Source: Chiloscyllium plagiosum (lineage: Eukaryota). From it: 64,000 bases of DNA. The notes under the pieces were generated by a model. It was not told the DNA's origin, did not search any database, and saw only the letters and a program-made list of their open reading frames with translations. This document shows positions 11,881-25,194 of the stretch, piece by piece. The position numbers and the translations under genes are program-made. Within the stretch, counting starts at the first letter, position 1. Each line of letters begins with the position of its first letter. The stretch lies in NCBI RefSeq assembly GCF_004010195.1, contig NC_057717.1:96930896-96994895 (forward strand), in the 5' to 3' direction.

Positions 11881-12504
11881 CCTCGGCTACTCATTGTAGA
11901 TTTGGAATCAAAAAGTGTAGTGCTGGAAAAGCACAGCAGGTCAGGCAGCATCCGAGGAGTAGGAGAGTTGACATTTCAGGCATAAGCTGTTCATCAGGAA
12001 TGTCTGACTTAATCAGGACTTCATTTGGAAGTTCAGATTAAGATACAATAGGGGCGTTTAAGGTGGTTTTAGCTAAGCACATGAATATGCAAGGAGTGGA
12101 GGGATATGGACCAAGGGTGGACAGAAGGGACTAAGTTAATTTGGTGTAATGGTCAGCACAATACCGTGGGCCGAAGTGCCTGTTCCTGTGCTATTCTGTT
12201 TTATGTTCTATAAGGCTTAACACCTATGTTATGCTTAATTTAAATTGGGGAGGTGGAAAGAAGCTTTCTCTCATGAGATTGAATGATCTGGTAGGATTTG
12301 TGATTGTGGTCTTTATTCATGGCGTGTGGATTAGGATGAATGAATTTTATTTTCTCTTGAGTTCAGTTGGCTACTTTAAGAATCTTGTTTCAAATTACTC
12401 CGAACTGTAATCTGGCCCAGTGCTCATTCATAGATGTGGAGAGAACTACACGTGAGTTACAATATGTCTGGAAGTGTACCACTGCATTGAGGAACTCATC
12501 TTGC

Positions 12505-12648
12505 CTTCACAAGTGGCCTGTATGTAGCACTCGGACAATTGGAGACCTGGTAAATTGTCACAGGTTACTCGTTGGTCATCCAGACGTTGGCCCTGTTTGT
12601 CAGCGAGCATGTCCAGAAGTTCGTTGACTGGACGTTCACAGTTGGTCT
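12505..12648 (-). CDS. PCP2: PCP2 exon with second GoLoco motif
   Basis: ttttatttggcag|AG ACC... encodes (K)TNCERPVNELLDMLADKQGQRLDDQRVTCDNLPGLQL, matching PCP2 GoLoco 2 (LMDMLA.TQGRRMDDQRVT...LPG). 3' boundary uncertain: GC donor AAG|gcaaga at 12504, or read-through to the stop at 12446. Confidence 0.88.
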
Positions 12649-12789
12649 CTGCCAAATAAAAGCCAGGGCACATTTAAACGCAGGGCACATCAATAAACAA
12701 ATTAATACCAAGAGGAAACAAATTCAAAACAACACTTTAGGCATCTCCCTGTTCAGGTGAACTACACTCTCTGTCCGAGATGAGACATG

Positions 12790-13475
12790 GAGTCATACAG
12801 CACGGAAACAAACCCTTCAGTCCGACCAGTCCATGCCGAAACATAATTCCAAACTAAACTAGTCCCACTTGCCTGCTCCTGGCCCATTTCCCTCCAAACC
12901 TTTCCTATTCATGGACTTTTCCAAATGTCTTTTCTATGTTGTAACTGTACCCGTATCCGCCACTTCCTCTGGAAGTTCATTCCACACGTGAACCACCCCG
13001 TGTGTAAATGTTTTGCCTCTCATGTGTTTTTTAAATCTCTCTCCTCTCACCTTACAGTGTGCCCCCTAGTTTCGAAATCCCCCACCCTGGGAAAAGATAC
13101 CTACCATTAACCTTATCTACAATCTTATGATTTTATAAATCTCTATAAGGTTGCCTCTCACCCTCCTACGCTCCAGTGAAAAAAGTCCCAGTCTATCCAG
13201 CCTCTCCTTATAACTCAAACCTTCCATACCCGGCAACATCCTGGTAAGCCTCTTCTGAACCCTCTTCAGCTTAATAATAAGACCATATGACATAGCAGCA
13301 GAAATTAGGCCATTCAGCCCATCGAGTGTCCTCCGCCATTCAATCATGGCTGATAGGTTTCTCAACCCCATTCTCCCGCTTTCTCCCCATAACCCTTGAT
13401 ACTCAAGGACCTATCTATCCTTCCTGTAACAAGGTGTCCAGAACTGCTAAACACCTTCTTAACCACCCTGTCTAC
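12790..13475 (-). mobile_element. CR1 LINE 3' fragment with nested CR1 tail
   Basis: KLKRVQKRLTRMLPGMEGLSYKERLDRLGLFSLERRR.RGNLIEIYKI on the minus strand. Confidence 0.85.
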
Positions 13476-13599
13476 CCAGACTAGGAAATGAATTCAGCTG
13501 ATTGACAGTCACATAATGCTGGTTGGAGTAAGAACAGGCACAGTGTTGTTAGATTTATTGAAACAACTTATTGTGTTTATGACATATGAAAGCAAAATG

Positions 13600-13774
13600 C
13601 AGAGGAACCTCGATTATCCAGCATATGATTATCCAGATATCGGATTATTCAGCAAGATCGCAAGGTCCCGATGCTCGGCTGAACTATGTCATCCGGCATT
13701 CGGTTATCCAGAATTTGATTAACCGAACGAAATGCTCCCTGCCTGTGTCCTTCGGATAATCGAGGTTTCCTCTG
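13600..13774. mobile_element. Tigger/pogo-type (Tc1-mariner) MITE
   Basis: TIRs cagaggaacctcgattatcc / ggataatcgaggtttcctctg. TA on the right flank and TG (mutated TA) on the left. Confidence 0.8.
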
Positions 13775-14214
13775 TACCGTAAATGCTGGAAATCTGAAAT
13801 AGAAATAGCAAGTACTGAAGAGACTCAGCAGGTCTGGCAGCATCTGTGGAGGGAGAAACAGAATTAACTTTACGAGTCCAGTACGTTTCTTCTGCCGAAC
13901 TTGGACCAGTTAAAACAAGTTAACACAAACACATGAGCTTATGGACAATAACAGGAAGCAACATATCCCATGCTTCAGTGATGGGTGCTTCGATCAACGA
14001 TCAGCAAGCAGCACGCACACACATATGTGCACACACATACACAAATGTGCATAACTAGTCTCAAACCCTGGCCGTGGTAGCTTAGAGTGGAACTCATTGA
14101 ATGGAGAGAAGCTGAATTTTATTGCACTTTCTATAATTTTCAAATTCAAATTATTTGCCCTCAGGCTGCACACCTGGAGTGTCTATTATAAGCATTCAAG
14201 TTGTGAAGGTGACG

Positions 14215-14395
14215 TTGCCATAGCCCCACCCTTCCAGGAGAGTGAGAGATGACGGCTGGTGGTTTAACCTGAGGCTCACCTTGCCCCCTGGTGAGGGGGC
14301 TGAGGTAGGACCTTCGGGGTTCCCTCGCCAGGTGCAGGAATTGAACCCATGCTGTTGGCATCGCTCTGTGATTGCGAACCAGCTAACTGACCCCA
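14215..14395 (-). mobile_element. Second tRNA-like SINE family
   Basis: Head ggggtcagttagctggtt..gggttcaattcc and body cctcaggttaaaccaccagccgtc. Further copies at about 14670-15150 (split by an HE1 copy), 23320-23455 and 49526-49720. Confidence 0.6.
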
Positions 14396-15614
14396 ATTGG
14401 AGTGAGGTGCTGGAGGGGAGAAGGGTCGAATGTTTTAGGAACACAGGCTCAGAGGGCAGATGTTGGTCATTCTTTGAGTCTTTTCCACCATTCAGTAGGA
14501 TTCTGATTGATCTGGGTTGTGGTGTACAAAAACATCGGACTTAGGATAATTCTAAGATATTTTCACAATTTTTAATGTATTAATTATAATTTTGGGAGAA
14601 ACAAAATGACAAACTGTGTGGGGGTGCTAATGCCATTCAAATGCTTTCTACCCAATACTACATCCTGGATGGGGACGGCTGGGTTTAGCTTGGACCCTGG
14701 TTTGTCAGCAGTAGTGACACACGCAGAGTGAGTTCAAATCCTGCACTGATTAGATTAGATTCCCCACAATTTGGAAACAGGCCCTTCAGCTGAACAAGTC
14801 CACACCAACCCTCCGAAGAGTAATCCACCGAGACCCATTTCCCTCTGACTAATGCACCTAACACTATGTGCAATTTAGCCTGACCTGCACATCTTTGGAC
14901 TGTGGGAGGAAACCCACGCAGACACAGGGCGAATGTGCAAATTCCACACAGACAGTCGGCCAAGGCTGGAATCGAACCTGGGATCCTGGTGCTGTGAGGT
15001 AGCAGTGCTAACACTGAGCCACCGGGGCGCCCCACTGATCACGGTTACCATGAAGGATTCTCCATTCTAACCTGTCCCCTCACCTGAGACGTGGTGACCC
15101 TCAGGTCATCTCCCTCTAAAAATGGTGCAGGACGATAGTCACTCTACCTTGGGTCATAGAGGCATACAGCACGGAAACAGACCCTTCTGTCCGACTCGTC
15201 CATGCCGACCAGATATCCTAATCTAGTCCCATTTTCCAGCACTTGGCCCATATCCCTCTAAACTTTCCTATTCATATACCCATCCAGATGCCTTTTAAAT
15301 GCTGCAATTGTACCAGTCTCCACCACTTCCTCTGGCAGCTCATTCCATGCATGCATCACCGTCTTCGTGAAAAAGTTGTCCCTTAGTTCCCTTTTAAGTG
15401 TTTCCCCTCTCACTACAAAGTGCCCAGATACAAAATGCAGCAGTACTCCATTTTGAACCCCCTTCCCCAAAGCATATTCCACTGTTCACTAAGATCAATT
15501 ATCTGTTTGTATTTCGAATTCCATATTCCCATCTACCCTCACGTCAGAAGTCAGTCCTGATGTCCACTCCAGGGGACAGCATTCTCTCTGTGTCACATTG
15601 GCAGTGTTATGTCA

Positions 15615-15816
15615 GTTTTGAGAAGATTTGTAGCTCAGGTTGAGGTTCTGGATGTAGGTTTGCTCGCTGAGCTGGAAGATTCATTTCCAGACGTTTCGTC
15701 ACTCTACTCGGTAACATCCTAGTAGGCTTCGTCTGGAGGCCCGCTGAAGATATTACCTAGTAGGGTGACAAAACGTCTGGTAATGAACTTTCCAGCTCAG
15801 TGAACAAAACTAGATC
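15615..15816. mobile_element. Penelope-derived palindromic mini-element, family C
   Basis: Arms match the 3' end of the 4400-6131 element. 13-bp TSD cagtgttatgtca (15602-15614, 15817-15829). Decayed core ctgaaga-tattacc..ggtgac-aaaa-cgtc. Confidence 0.8.
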
Positions 15817-15968
15817 CAGTGTTATGTCAATTAAAATGGTCTAATAATTACTCTTAAGGAAGTGGCTAACCCAGCGGGTTATTAAAACAGAAATTACTGT
15901 AGAAATTCAGCAGGCCTGGCAACAACTGTGAAGAGAAACACACTTAATGTTTCAGGTCCAGTGACCCT

Positions 15969-17117
15969 TAGAGTCATAGAGATGTACAGCATGGAAACAG
16001 ACCCTTCAGTTCAACCCATCCATGCCGACCAGATATCCCAACCCAATCTAGTCCCACCTGCCAGCACCCGGCCCATATTCCTCCAAGCCCTTCCTATTCA
16101 GATACCCATCCAAATGCCTCTTAAATGTTGTAATTGTACCAGCCTCCACCACATCTTCTGGCAGCTCATTCCATACACGTACCACCCTCTGCATGAAAAA
16201 GTTGCCCCTTAGGTCTCTTTTATATCTTTCACCTCTCACCCTAAACCTATGCCCTCTAGTTCTGGACTCCCCCACCCCAGGGAAAAGACTTTGTCCATTT
16301 ATCCTATCCATGCCCCTNNNNNNNNNNNNNNNNNNNNNNNNNNNNNNNNNNNNNNNNNNNNNNNNNNNNNNNNNNNNNNNNNNNNNNNNNNNNNNNNNNN
16401 NNNNNNNNNNNNNNNNNNNNNNNNNNNNNNNNNNNNNNNNNNNNNNNNNNNNNNNNNNNNNNNNNNNNNNNNNNNNNNNNNNNNNNNNNNNNNNNNNNNN
16501 NNNNNNNNNNNNNNNNNNNNNNNNNNNNNNNNNNNNNNNNNNNNNNNNNNNNNNNNNNNNNNNNNNNNNNNNNNNNNNNNNNNNNNNNNNNNNNNTTTGG
16601 TGTCATCTGCAAACTTACTAACTGTACCTCTTATGCTCGCATCCAAATCATTTATGTAAATGACAAAAAGTAGAGGACCCAGCACCGATCCTTGTGGCAC
16701 TCCACTGGTCACAGGCCTCCAGTCTGAAAAACAACCCTCCACCACCACCCTCTGTCTTTTACCATTGAGCCAGTTCTGTACCCAAGTGGCTAATTCTTCC
16801 TGTATTCCATGAGATCTAACCTTGCTAAACAGTCTCCCATGGGGAACCTTGTCAAACGCCTTACTGAAGTCATATAGATAACATCTACTGCTCTGTCCTC
16901 ATCAATCTTCTTTGTTACTTCTTCAAAACACTCAATCAAGTTTGTGAGACATGATTTCCCACGCACAAAGCCATGTTGACTATCCCGAATCAGTCCTTGC
17001 CTTTCCAAATACATGTACATCCTGTCCCTCAGGATTCCCTCCAACAACTGGCCCACCATAGAGGTCAGGCTCACCGGTCTATAGTTCCCTGGCTTGTCTT
17101 TACCGTCCTTCTTAAAC
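15969..17117 (-). mobile_element. CR1 LINE RT fragment containing an assembly gap; splits a family D palindrome
   Basis: [45 protein letters not shown]-run at 16318-16595. Family D arms at 15884-15968 and 17118-17215. Confidence 0.92.
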
Positions 17118-17364
17118 TTCGTTCTGACAAGGGGTCATTGGACTCAAAAACGTTAACACCGTTTCTCTGTCCTGATACTGCCAGAACTGCTGAGGTTAAT
17201 TTGTTTCTGATTTCCATCATCCACAGTTCTATGATTTTCTTTTGAACTTTGTGGGTTAGTTTATTTAAGACAGTAGAACACAGTATGAGTTATGAAGCAG
17301 ACATCAGAGCAAACTGACCCACAGCAGGTTATCTGGCAGACTTACAGCATTATATATGCACACC

Positions 17365-18335
17365 ACACAGAGTCATACAGCGCAGAAAAGGCCTTCGGCC
17401 CACTGTGTCTGCATTGACATAACTACCATTAAAGGCACGCTAATCTCAATTTCCTGCACATGCCCCATATTTGAAGTGCTCATCTAAATTTTTTTTTAAG
17501 GTTGCAAGGTTTCCCGCTTCCACTACCTTCCCAGGCCCTGCTTTCCAAATTCCTACCACTGGCTGAGTGAAAAAGATTTTCTCAATTTTCCTCTGAGTCA
17601 CCTGCCCGTTATTCTAAAACTACATCCCCTGGGGATTGACCCGTCGACCAAGGGGAACTACTGCTCCCCTATGCAGCCTGTCTATTCCCCCCATACTCCT
17701 ATACACCTCAATAATGTCCTCCTTCAGCTTTTGCTGCTCTAAAGAAAAAAGTCCAAGCCTCTGGAATCTCTCCTTACAGCTCAGTTACTGCATCCCAGAC
17801 AACATCCTGGTGAACCTCCCCTGTACTCCCCGAGCGCTACCACATCCTTCCTGCAGTGAGGCAACCAGAACTGCACAATGTATTCCAACTCCAGCATTAC
17901 CTCCTTGCTCTTATACTCTATGCCACGCTTGATGAAAGTGTCCCATTTGCCTTCTTAATTGTCCTATTCTACTGACTTAAGGGATCAGTGAATAATGACC
18001 CCAAGATCCCTCTGCTCCTCTAATCCACCCAGTGTTCTGCCATTCATTGTATACTCCCTTATCTTGTTTCTCCTTCCAAAGTGCATCACCTCGCACTATT
18101 CGGGGTTAAATACCATTTTTGCCACTGGTCTGCACATCCCATCTATATCTTTCTGCAAACTACAAATATCCTCTTCATAATTAACCACCCCACCAATCTC
18201 GGTGTCATTTGCGAACTTGCTTAACATTTACCCCCGCCCCAGCATTTTCATCAGTATTATTTATGTATGTAATGAACAATAAGGGTCCCAGTATTGATCC
18301 TTGTGGTACACTGCTAGCCACTGGCCTCCAGTCAC
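17365..18335 (-). mobile_element. Old degenerate CR1 LINE fragment
   Basis: Minus-strand remnants of [20 protein letters not shown] and the CR1 3' end. Confidence 0.7.
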
Positions 18336-18442
18336 TTGGACTGACTTCCACCATTCCCCTTTATGGTGTCCTTAAGGTGAACTTTGTTAAAGGCAAGGTA
18401 TACATGCAACAGGCAGTGAGATCCTTTTCCCACTCTACTTAC

Positions 18443-18581
18443 TACTTGCATCAAAAATTGGTTTTTTAGAGGGTGTCTCATTCCATCCAAGGTTGCAACG
18501 CTGGTCATCCATTCGGTTCCTTTGAACATGACTCACCATGTTGAAGAACCCTTCATTTTCTGCCTCGTTGGGATCGGTTTC
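18443..18581 (-). CDS. PCP2: PCP2 exon with first GoLoco motif
   Basis: cctcgacag|GAAACC...AGTA|gtaagt, 139 nt, phase 0 to 1. Encodes ETDPNEAENEGFFNMVSHVQRNRMDDQRCNLG..., matching PCP2 EGFFNLLSHVQG.RME.QRC. PCP2 is also near XAB2 in mammals. Confidence 0.92.
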
Positions 18582-19403
18582 CTGTCGAGGAAAAATCACA
18601 GGGTTTGAGATTCTGAGGTAGGACCAGCCCATTCAGCCTCCTCCAACTACCTCCATTACAAATCAGGCCCATTCATGCCCTCCTGAGGTGGCACAACTGA
18701 GGCGTCTGCAAAATGTGCTGCCTTCAGAACTCTTAATGGTCAACATCATTCTGTCGCTCCACTCCCGTGTTAAGGTCGCAGTGATGAACTGTGTGTTTTG
18801 GTCCGTATTAGAACATAGAACAATATAGTGCTGAACAGGCCCTTCGGCCTCAATGTTGCGCCGACCTGTGAACTATTCTCAGCTCGTCCCCCTTACACTA
18901 TCCCATCATCATCCATGTGCTTATCTAAGGATTGTTTAAATCTCCCTAATGTGGCTGAGTTGGCTACATTAGCAGGTAGGGCATTCCACGTCCTTACCAC
19001 TCTCTGCGTAAAGAACCTGCCTCTGACGTCTTGTCTTAAATCTATCACCCCTCAATTTGTAGTTATGCCCCCTCGTACACGCTGACATCATCATCCTAGG
19101 AAAAAGACTTTCACTATCTACCCTATAGAATCCTCTGATCATTAAAGGAAGATTGTGGCAGAAAAAGGGAAAAGGGAGATGGAGCCATTAGATTAGTTCT
19201 CTAAAGGTAGTGGGCTCAATTCCCACTCTTTCAGCTGCAAGATTTGAATTCTGATATGGAGGGGCCTGTGTTGGACTGGGGTGGACAAAGTTAAAAATCA
19301 CCCGACACCAGGTTATAGTCCAACAGGTTTATTTGGAAGCACTAGCTTTCAGAGCGCTGCTCCTTCATCAGATGGATTTGACTGAGTTATTGAATAAATA
19401 AAT

Positions 19404-20485
19404 TGTTATGGACCAGACCAGACCCCTCAAAATATTTTAAGAAGGTAGTCTGAACCCTAACTTTTTCTTATTTTAAAGGCAAATGTAATGTGACAGTCCC
19501 AGATACAATGCGACGGGTCAAACTATGCGACGTTAAGCAGAATACAGTTTATTTAAACACCGTAGTTAAAATACTACCAAAGAAAGAGGAATTTAGAATA
19601 ACAACTCTACTGGAAAACTTAACAGAACAATAGATACAGTAACAATTACTGATTAACTGCTCCAATTTAGTAACATCCCATAAACACACCCTTTGGCAAA
19701 AAGGCAATTACAGAAAACCAGATTTTGTCTCACATGCAATCTGTGGAAGAGAACCCTCAGCCTTTGGCTGTAATCAAGAGAGAGAAAAATAGCTTCCATT
19801 TCTTCAAACCCACAACAGGGTTGGAGGGTTTGAGCTATAGGGAGAGACTGAATAGGCTGGGGCTGTTTTCCCTGGAGCTGAGGGGCGATCTTATAGAGGT
19901 TTATAAAATCATGAGGGGCATGGATAGGGTAAATAGTCAAAGTCTTTTCCCTGGGGTGGGCGAGTCCAGAACTAGAGGGCATAGGTTTAGGGTGAGAGGG
20001 GAAAGATTTAAAAGGGACCGAAGGGCAACTTTTTCACACAGAGGGTGGTGCGTGTATGGAATGAGCTGCCAGAAGACGTGGTGGAGGCTAATACAACTTC
20101 AGTGTTTAAAAGGCATCTGAATGGGTATATGAACAGGAATGGTTTAGAGGGATATGGGCCAGTGCTGGCAAATGGGACTGGATTAGTTTAGGATATCTGG
20201 TCGGCATGGACGAGTTGGACCGAAGAGTCTGTTTCTGTGCTATACATCTCTATGAGTCTATAACAGCAACTGCCTGAATCTAAACCTAAAAACTGTAAAA
20301 AAAAAACTAGAAATCTTAGCTGGCTACACCCATGCAGGCTGCTTCTATTGTTCCAACTTTTAAACACAAGGCTTCCCAAGCTGTTTACTCTCGTGGTTCT
20401 GGTAGACCGTGCTCTACCTCTGCCTTATAACCTCTCTTCAAAGAAAAAGGTCAAAATAAACTCTAAAATCCATATTATTGTCACA
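19404..20485 (-). mobile_element. Solo LTR (TG...CA) interrupted by a CR1 3' fragment (about 19818-20260)
   Basis: Starts tgttatgg at 19404 and ends tgtcaca at 20485. 4-bp TSD aaat on both sides. AATAAA on the minus strand near 19550. Confidence 0.7.
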
Positions 20486-21924
20486 AAATCTAGAATTGGA
20501 AAGCTCATCTCAGTAATGCAGACTGTGAGAATGTTCACAGATTGTTGCTAAAAACCCATCTTTACTTAGCCACTCTGGCCTATATGTGACTCCAGATCTA
20601 TAGCGATGTGTTAGCCTGCTAAAGTAGCTGAGCAAGCTGCTCAGTGACAGCAACCCGCTGCATCCAGTGGTGTGGGTCTACTTACACCACATGCAATATG
20701 TTTAAGAAGATGGATCACTAGCCCCTTTGAAGGCAATTAGGGACTGACGGGCGATTCTGACCTTGCCAATGGGATCCTTATTCCAGAAATTAATATTAAA
20801 ATCATCAGGAGTATAGATAAGGTGAATGGCAGGGTGTGTTTTCCCTAGGGTAAGGGCTTTCAAGACTGGGGACTTCTTTTCAAATGTAGAGGAGAAAGAT
20901 TTAAAAAGGACATAACTGGCAATTTTCTTTTAACACAGAGAGTGTTTTGAGTGTTCAGTGAACTTCCAGAGTGACAACAGTTTAAAAGTGGATAAGTTCA
21001 TGAATAGCAAAGCTTTGGAGGGATACGGACCAGGCGCAGGCAGGTGGGACTAGTTTAGTTTAGGGATTATGGTCAGCATGGACTGGTTGGGCCGACTGGT
21101 TCTGTTTCTGTGCTGTGTGACTCTGTGGCTCCATCTAAAACCAAGAACTGTGGACATGGGAGATCGGAAACAAAAACAGAATATGCTAATGGGAACAGTT
21201 GCTTCCTATCTATCCTGTCCATGGCCCTCATGATCTTATACACCTCTATCAGGTTGCCCCCTCAGCCTTCTCTGCTTTATAGAAACAAGTCAAGTCTATC
21301 CAGACTCTTTAGGTGTGTCATAAAGTAGCCAAAAAGTTGATTATGTATCTGTAAGTCCTCCTGATGCATTTAAGATAGGTGATAAGAGTGAGTTTCTTGG
21401 TCAATCAGAACAATATACTAGCTGCACTGCAACAGTCTCCCCATGTTAATAAGCTGCATGTTTTGATGATTAGGTTAGATTCCCTACAGTATGGAAACAG
21501 GCCCTTTGGCCCAACAAGTCCACACCAACCCGCCGAAGAGTAACCCACCCAGACCCATTCCCCTAACACTACGGGTAATTTAGCATGGCCAATCCACCCT
21601 AACCTGCACATCTTTGGACTGTGGGAGGAAACCAGAGCACCTGGTGATAAAAGCAATGGGTTGTAAAATCAGCAGTAGGTCATGATCATGACATTGAAAC
21701 TGTTAAATGATTGGCTCACTTTTGGTTCCTGTGCCTGAATGAAGATATACTGCCCCATCAGTAAAACTGTCAGCTCGATTTTCTTCAAAAGCCAATCAGG
21801 AGGTCATGGTGTGAGGGTGAATGTCAGCTCAGTGTTCAGTTGTGGAAGTTTAACCGTGATGCCTAGTTAGATCTACCACCATGACAATAAACCTAATTCA
21901 ATTCAATTCAATAGTCCTTAGTCA

Positions 21925-22790
21925 ATAGACAATAGACAATAGGTGCAGGAATAGGCCATTCTGCCCTTCGAGCCTGCACCACCATTCATTATGATCATGG
22001 ATGATCATCCTCAGTCAGTATCCTGTTCCTGCCTTATCTCCATAACCCTTGATTCCACAATCCTTGAGAGCTCTATCCAACTCTTTCTTAAATGAATCCA
22101 AAGACTGGGCCTCCACTGCCTTCTGGGGCAGAGCATTCCACACAGCCACCACTCTCTGGGTGAAGACGTTTCTCCTCATCTCTGTCTTAAATGGCCTACC
22201 TCTTATTTTTAAGCTGTGTCCTCTGGCTCGGGACTCACCCATCAGCGGAAACATGTTTCCTGCCTCCAGAGTGTCCAGTCCTTTAATAATCTCAATCAGA
22301 TCCCCTCTCAGTCTTCTAAACTCAAGGGTATACAAGCCCAGTTGCTCCAATCTTTCAACATAAGATAGTGCCGCCATTCCAGGAATTGACCTCGTGAACC
22401 TGCGCTGCACTCCCTCAATAGCCAGAATGTCTTTCCTCAAATTTGGAGACCAGAACTGCACATAATATTCCAGCTGCGGTCTCACCATGACCCTGTACAG
22501 CTGCAGAAGAACCTCTTTGGTTCTATACTCAATCCCTCTTGTTATAAATGCCAGCATGCTATTAGCTTTCTTCACTACCTGCTGTACCTGCATGCTTACC
22601 TTCATTGACTGGTGTACAAGAACACCCAGATCTCTTTGTACTGCCCCTTTACCTAACTTGACTCCATTTAGGTAGTAATCTGCCTTCCTGTTCTTGCCAC
22701 CAAAGTGGATAACCATACATTTATCCACATTAAACTGCAGCTGCCATGCATGTGTTCACTCACCTAACCTGTCCAGGTCACCCTGTAGTC
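21925..22790 (-). mobile_element. Young CR1 LINE 3' fragment with a 237-aa open RT C-terminus
   Basis: ORF 22015-22728 (DLGVLVH..LYRVMVRPQLEY.VQFWSP..), with (ctattgt)n tail. Confidence 0.93.
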
Positions 22791-23382
22791 AATCAGTCCT
22801 TGTGAATTCAGTCGGTCGTGATATTTGAACATCAAGGTTCAATTCTACTTTCAGACAGTGGTGTTATTATTCTAAGCACAGTAGCTGACTGGTTAGCATT
22901 GCTACATCACAGCACCAGGGATTTGGGTTCAATTCCAGCCTCAGGCAACTGTCTGTGTCTCTGTGGAATTCCCTTGGGTGCTCTGGTTTCCTCCCACAGT
23001 CCAAAGATGCGTGGGTTAGGATGGATTGGCCTTGCTAAATTGTCCACAGCATCCAGGGATGCGCAGGCTAGATATAGCCATAGGAAATATAGTATAGGGG
23101 GTGGGTCTGGGTGGGATGCTCTTCAGAGGGCCATCGTGGACCTGATGGGCTGAATGGCCTCCTTCCACACTGTAGGGATTCTATGTTACAGCGGTGTCTC
23201 TGCTTAATCTAAGGTTGATGAATATCTGACACTTCTGGAGTTCCATCAAACATTCCATTCACAAAATAACAATCTGTCATACAGCTCTCCAGTTGGTCAA
23301 TACCCAAACCGACTGAAGTTAGCCTGAAGGACTCTCCTTCTCTTGAGGAATGGTGACCTTCAGGTTGAACCACTATCAGTCG

Positions 23383-23409
23383 TCTCTCTCTCTCTCTCTC
23401 TCTCTCTCT
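23383..23409 (+). repeat. (CT)n microsatellite
   Basis: tctctctc run. Confidence 0.9.
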
Positions 23410-23947
23410 GTAGTGAAAGAACAGTTCTATGGTCTGGTAGGACTATGACGACTACTTTTACTGGTTACTCTATCCCATCCTCTGAGTCTCAATAGCATAT
23501 GTTAACTGACCTCAGTGTTACATTATGCATTATACGTTGATAGCATTATTATCACTAACATGTACATGCTCATTATACAATAACTCCCTGCTCTGTGGGG
23601 GCTATGGACAGTCCAGACCCCTCTCCTCTCCTCCCGTTCAGAATCTGAGCTATAACTAGGGGTGGCATGGTGGCTCAGTGGTTAGCACTGCTGCCTCACA
23701 GTGCCAGGGACCCGGGTTCGATTCCAGCCTCAGGCAACTGTCTGTGTGGAGTTTGCATGTTTTCCCTGTGTCTGCGTGGGTTTCCTCCAGGTGCTCCGGT
23801 TTCCTCCCACAGTCCAAAGATGTGCAGGTCAGGGTGGATTGGCCATGCTAAATTGCCCGTAGTGTTAGGTGCATTGGTTAGGGGAATGGGTCTGGGTGGG
23901 TTGCTCTTTGGAGGGTCAGTGTGGACTGGTTGGGCCGAAGGGCCTGT

Positions 23948-25194
23948 GGATGTGTTGGTGATTATTTTCCAGAGTTCGATAGATTCGGGATCAGTTCCTG
24001 CGGATTGGAGGGTGGCTAATGTTGTACCACTTTTTAAGAAAGGTGGGAGAGAGAAAGCAGGAAATTATAGACCAGTTAGTCTGACCTCAGTGGTGGGAAA
24101 GATGCTGGAGTCTATTATAAAGGAAGAAATTACTGCACATCTGGATAGTAGTAACAGGATAGGACAGAGTCAGCATGGATTTATAAAGGGGAAATCATGC
24201 TTGACTAATCTTCTGGAATATTTTGAGGATGTAACTNNNNNNNNNNNNNNNNNNNNNNNNNNNNNNNNNNNNNNNNNNNNNNNNNNNNNNNNNNNNNNNN
24301 NNNNNNNNNNNNNNNNNNNNNNNNNNNNNNNNNNNNNNNNNNNNNNNNNNNNNNNNNNNNNNNNNNNNNNNNNNNNNNNNNNNNNNNNNNNNNNNNNNNN
24401 NNNNNNNNNNNNNNNNNNNNNNNNNNNNNNNNNNNNNNNNNNNNNNNNNNNNNNNNNNNNNNNNNNNNNNNNNNNNNNNNNNNNNNNNNNNNNNNNNNNN
24501 NNNNNNNNNNNNNNNNNNNNNNNNNNNNNNNNNNNNNNNNNNNNNNNNNNNNNNNNNNNNNNNNNNNNNNNNNNNNNNNNNNNNNNNNNNNNNNNNNNNN
24601 NNNNNNNNNNNNNNNNNNNNNNNNNNNNNNNNNNNNNNNNNNNNNNNNNNNNNNNNNNNNNNNNNNNNNNNNNNNNNNNNNNNNNNNNNNNNNNNNNNNN
24701 NNNNNNNNNNNNNNNNNNNNNNNNNNNNNNNNNNNNNNNNNNNNNNNNNNNNNNNNNNNNNNNNNNNNNNNNNNAGCGACTTGGCTTGTATACCCTTGAG
24801 TTTAGAAGGCTGAGAAGGGATCTGATTATTAAAGGATTGGACACTCTGGAGGCAGGAAACATGTTTCCTCTGATGGGTGAGTGCCGAACCAGAGGACACA
24901 GCTTATAAATAGGGGGTAGACCATTTAGGACAGAGATGAGGAGAAACTTCTTCACCCAGAGAGTGGTGGCTGTGTGGAATGCTCTGCCCCAGAGGGCAGT
25001 GGAGGCCCAGTCTCTGGATTCATTTAAGAAAGAGTTGGATAGAGCTCTCAAGGATAGTGGATCTCAAGGGTTATGGAGATAAGGCAGGAACAGAATACTG
25101 ATTAAGGATGATCAGGCATGATCATATTGAATGGTGGTGCAGGCTCAAAGGGCAGAATGGCCTACTCCTGCACCTATTGTCTATTGTCTATTGT
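23948..25194 (+). mobile_element. Young CR1 LINE of the same subfamily, inserted into an HE1 SINE; contains an assembly gap
   Basis: VPADWRVANVVPLFKKG..NYRPVSLTSVVGKMLE..QHGFIKGKSCLTNL. N-run at 24237-24774. (ctattgt)n tail, then the SINE tail resumes. Confidence 0.93.

Noticed and set aside
16193-16748. ORFs spanning X runs
   Set aside because: Artefacts of the assembly gap at 16318-16595.
23659-23730. tRNA-like sequence with A and B boxes
   Set aside because: SINE head repeated many times and followed by SINE body; not a tRNA gene.
23667-24908. 413-aa ORF
   Set aside because: Chance fusion of an HE1 SINE, a CR1 RT fragment and an N-gap.
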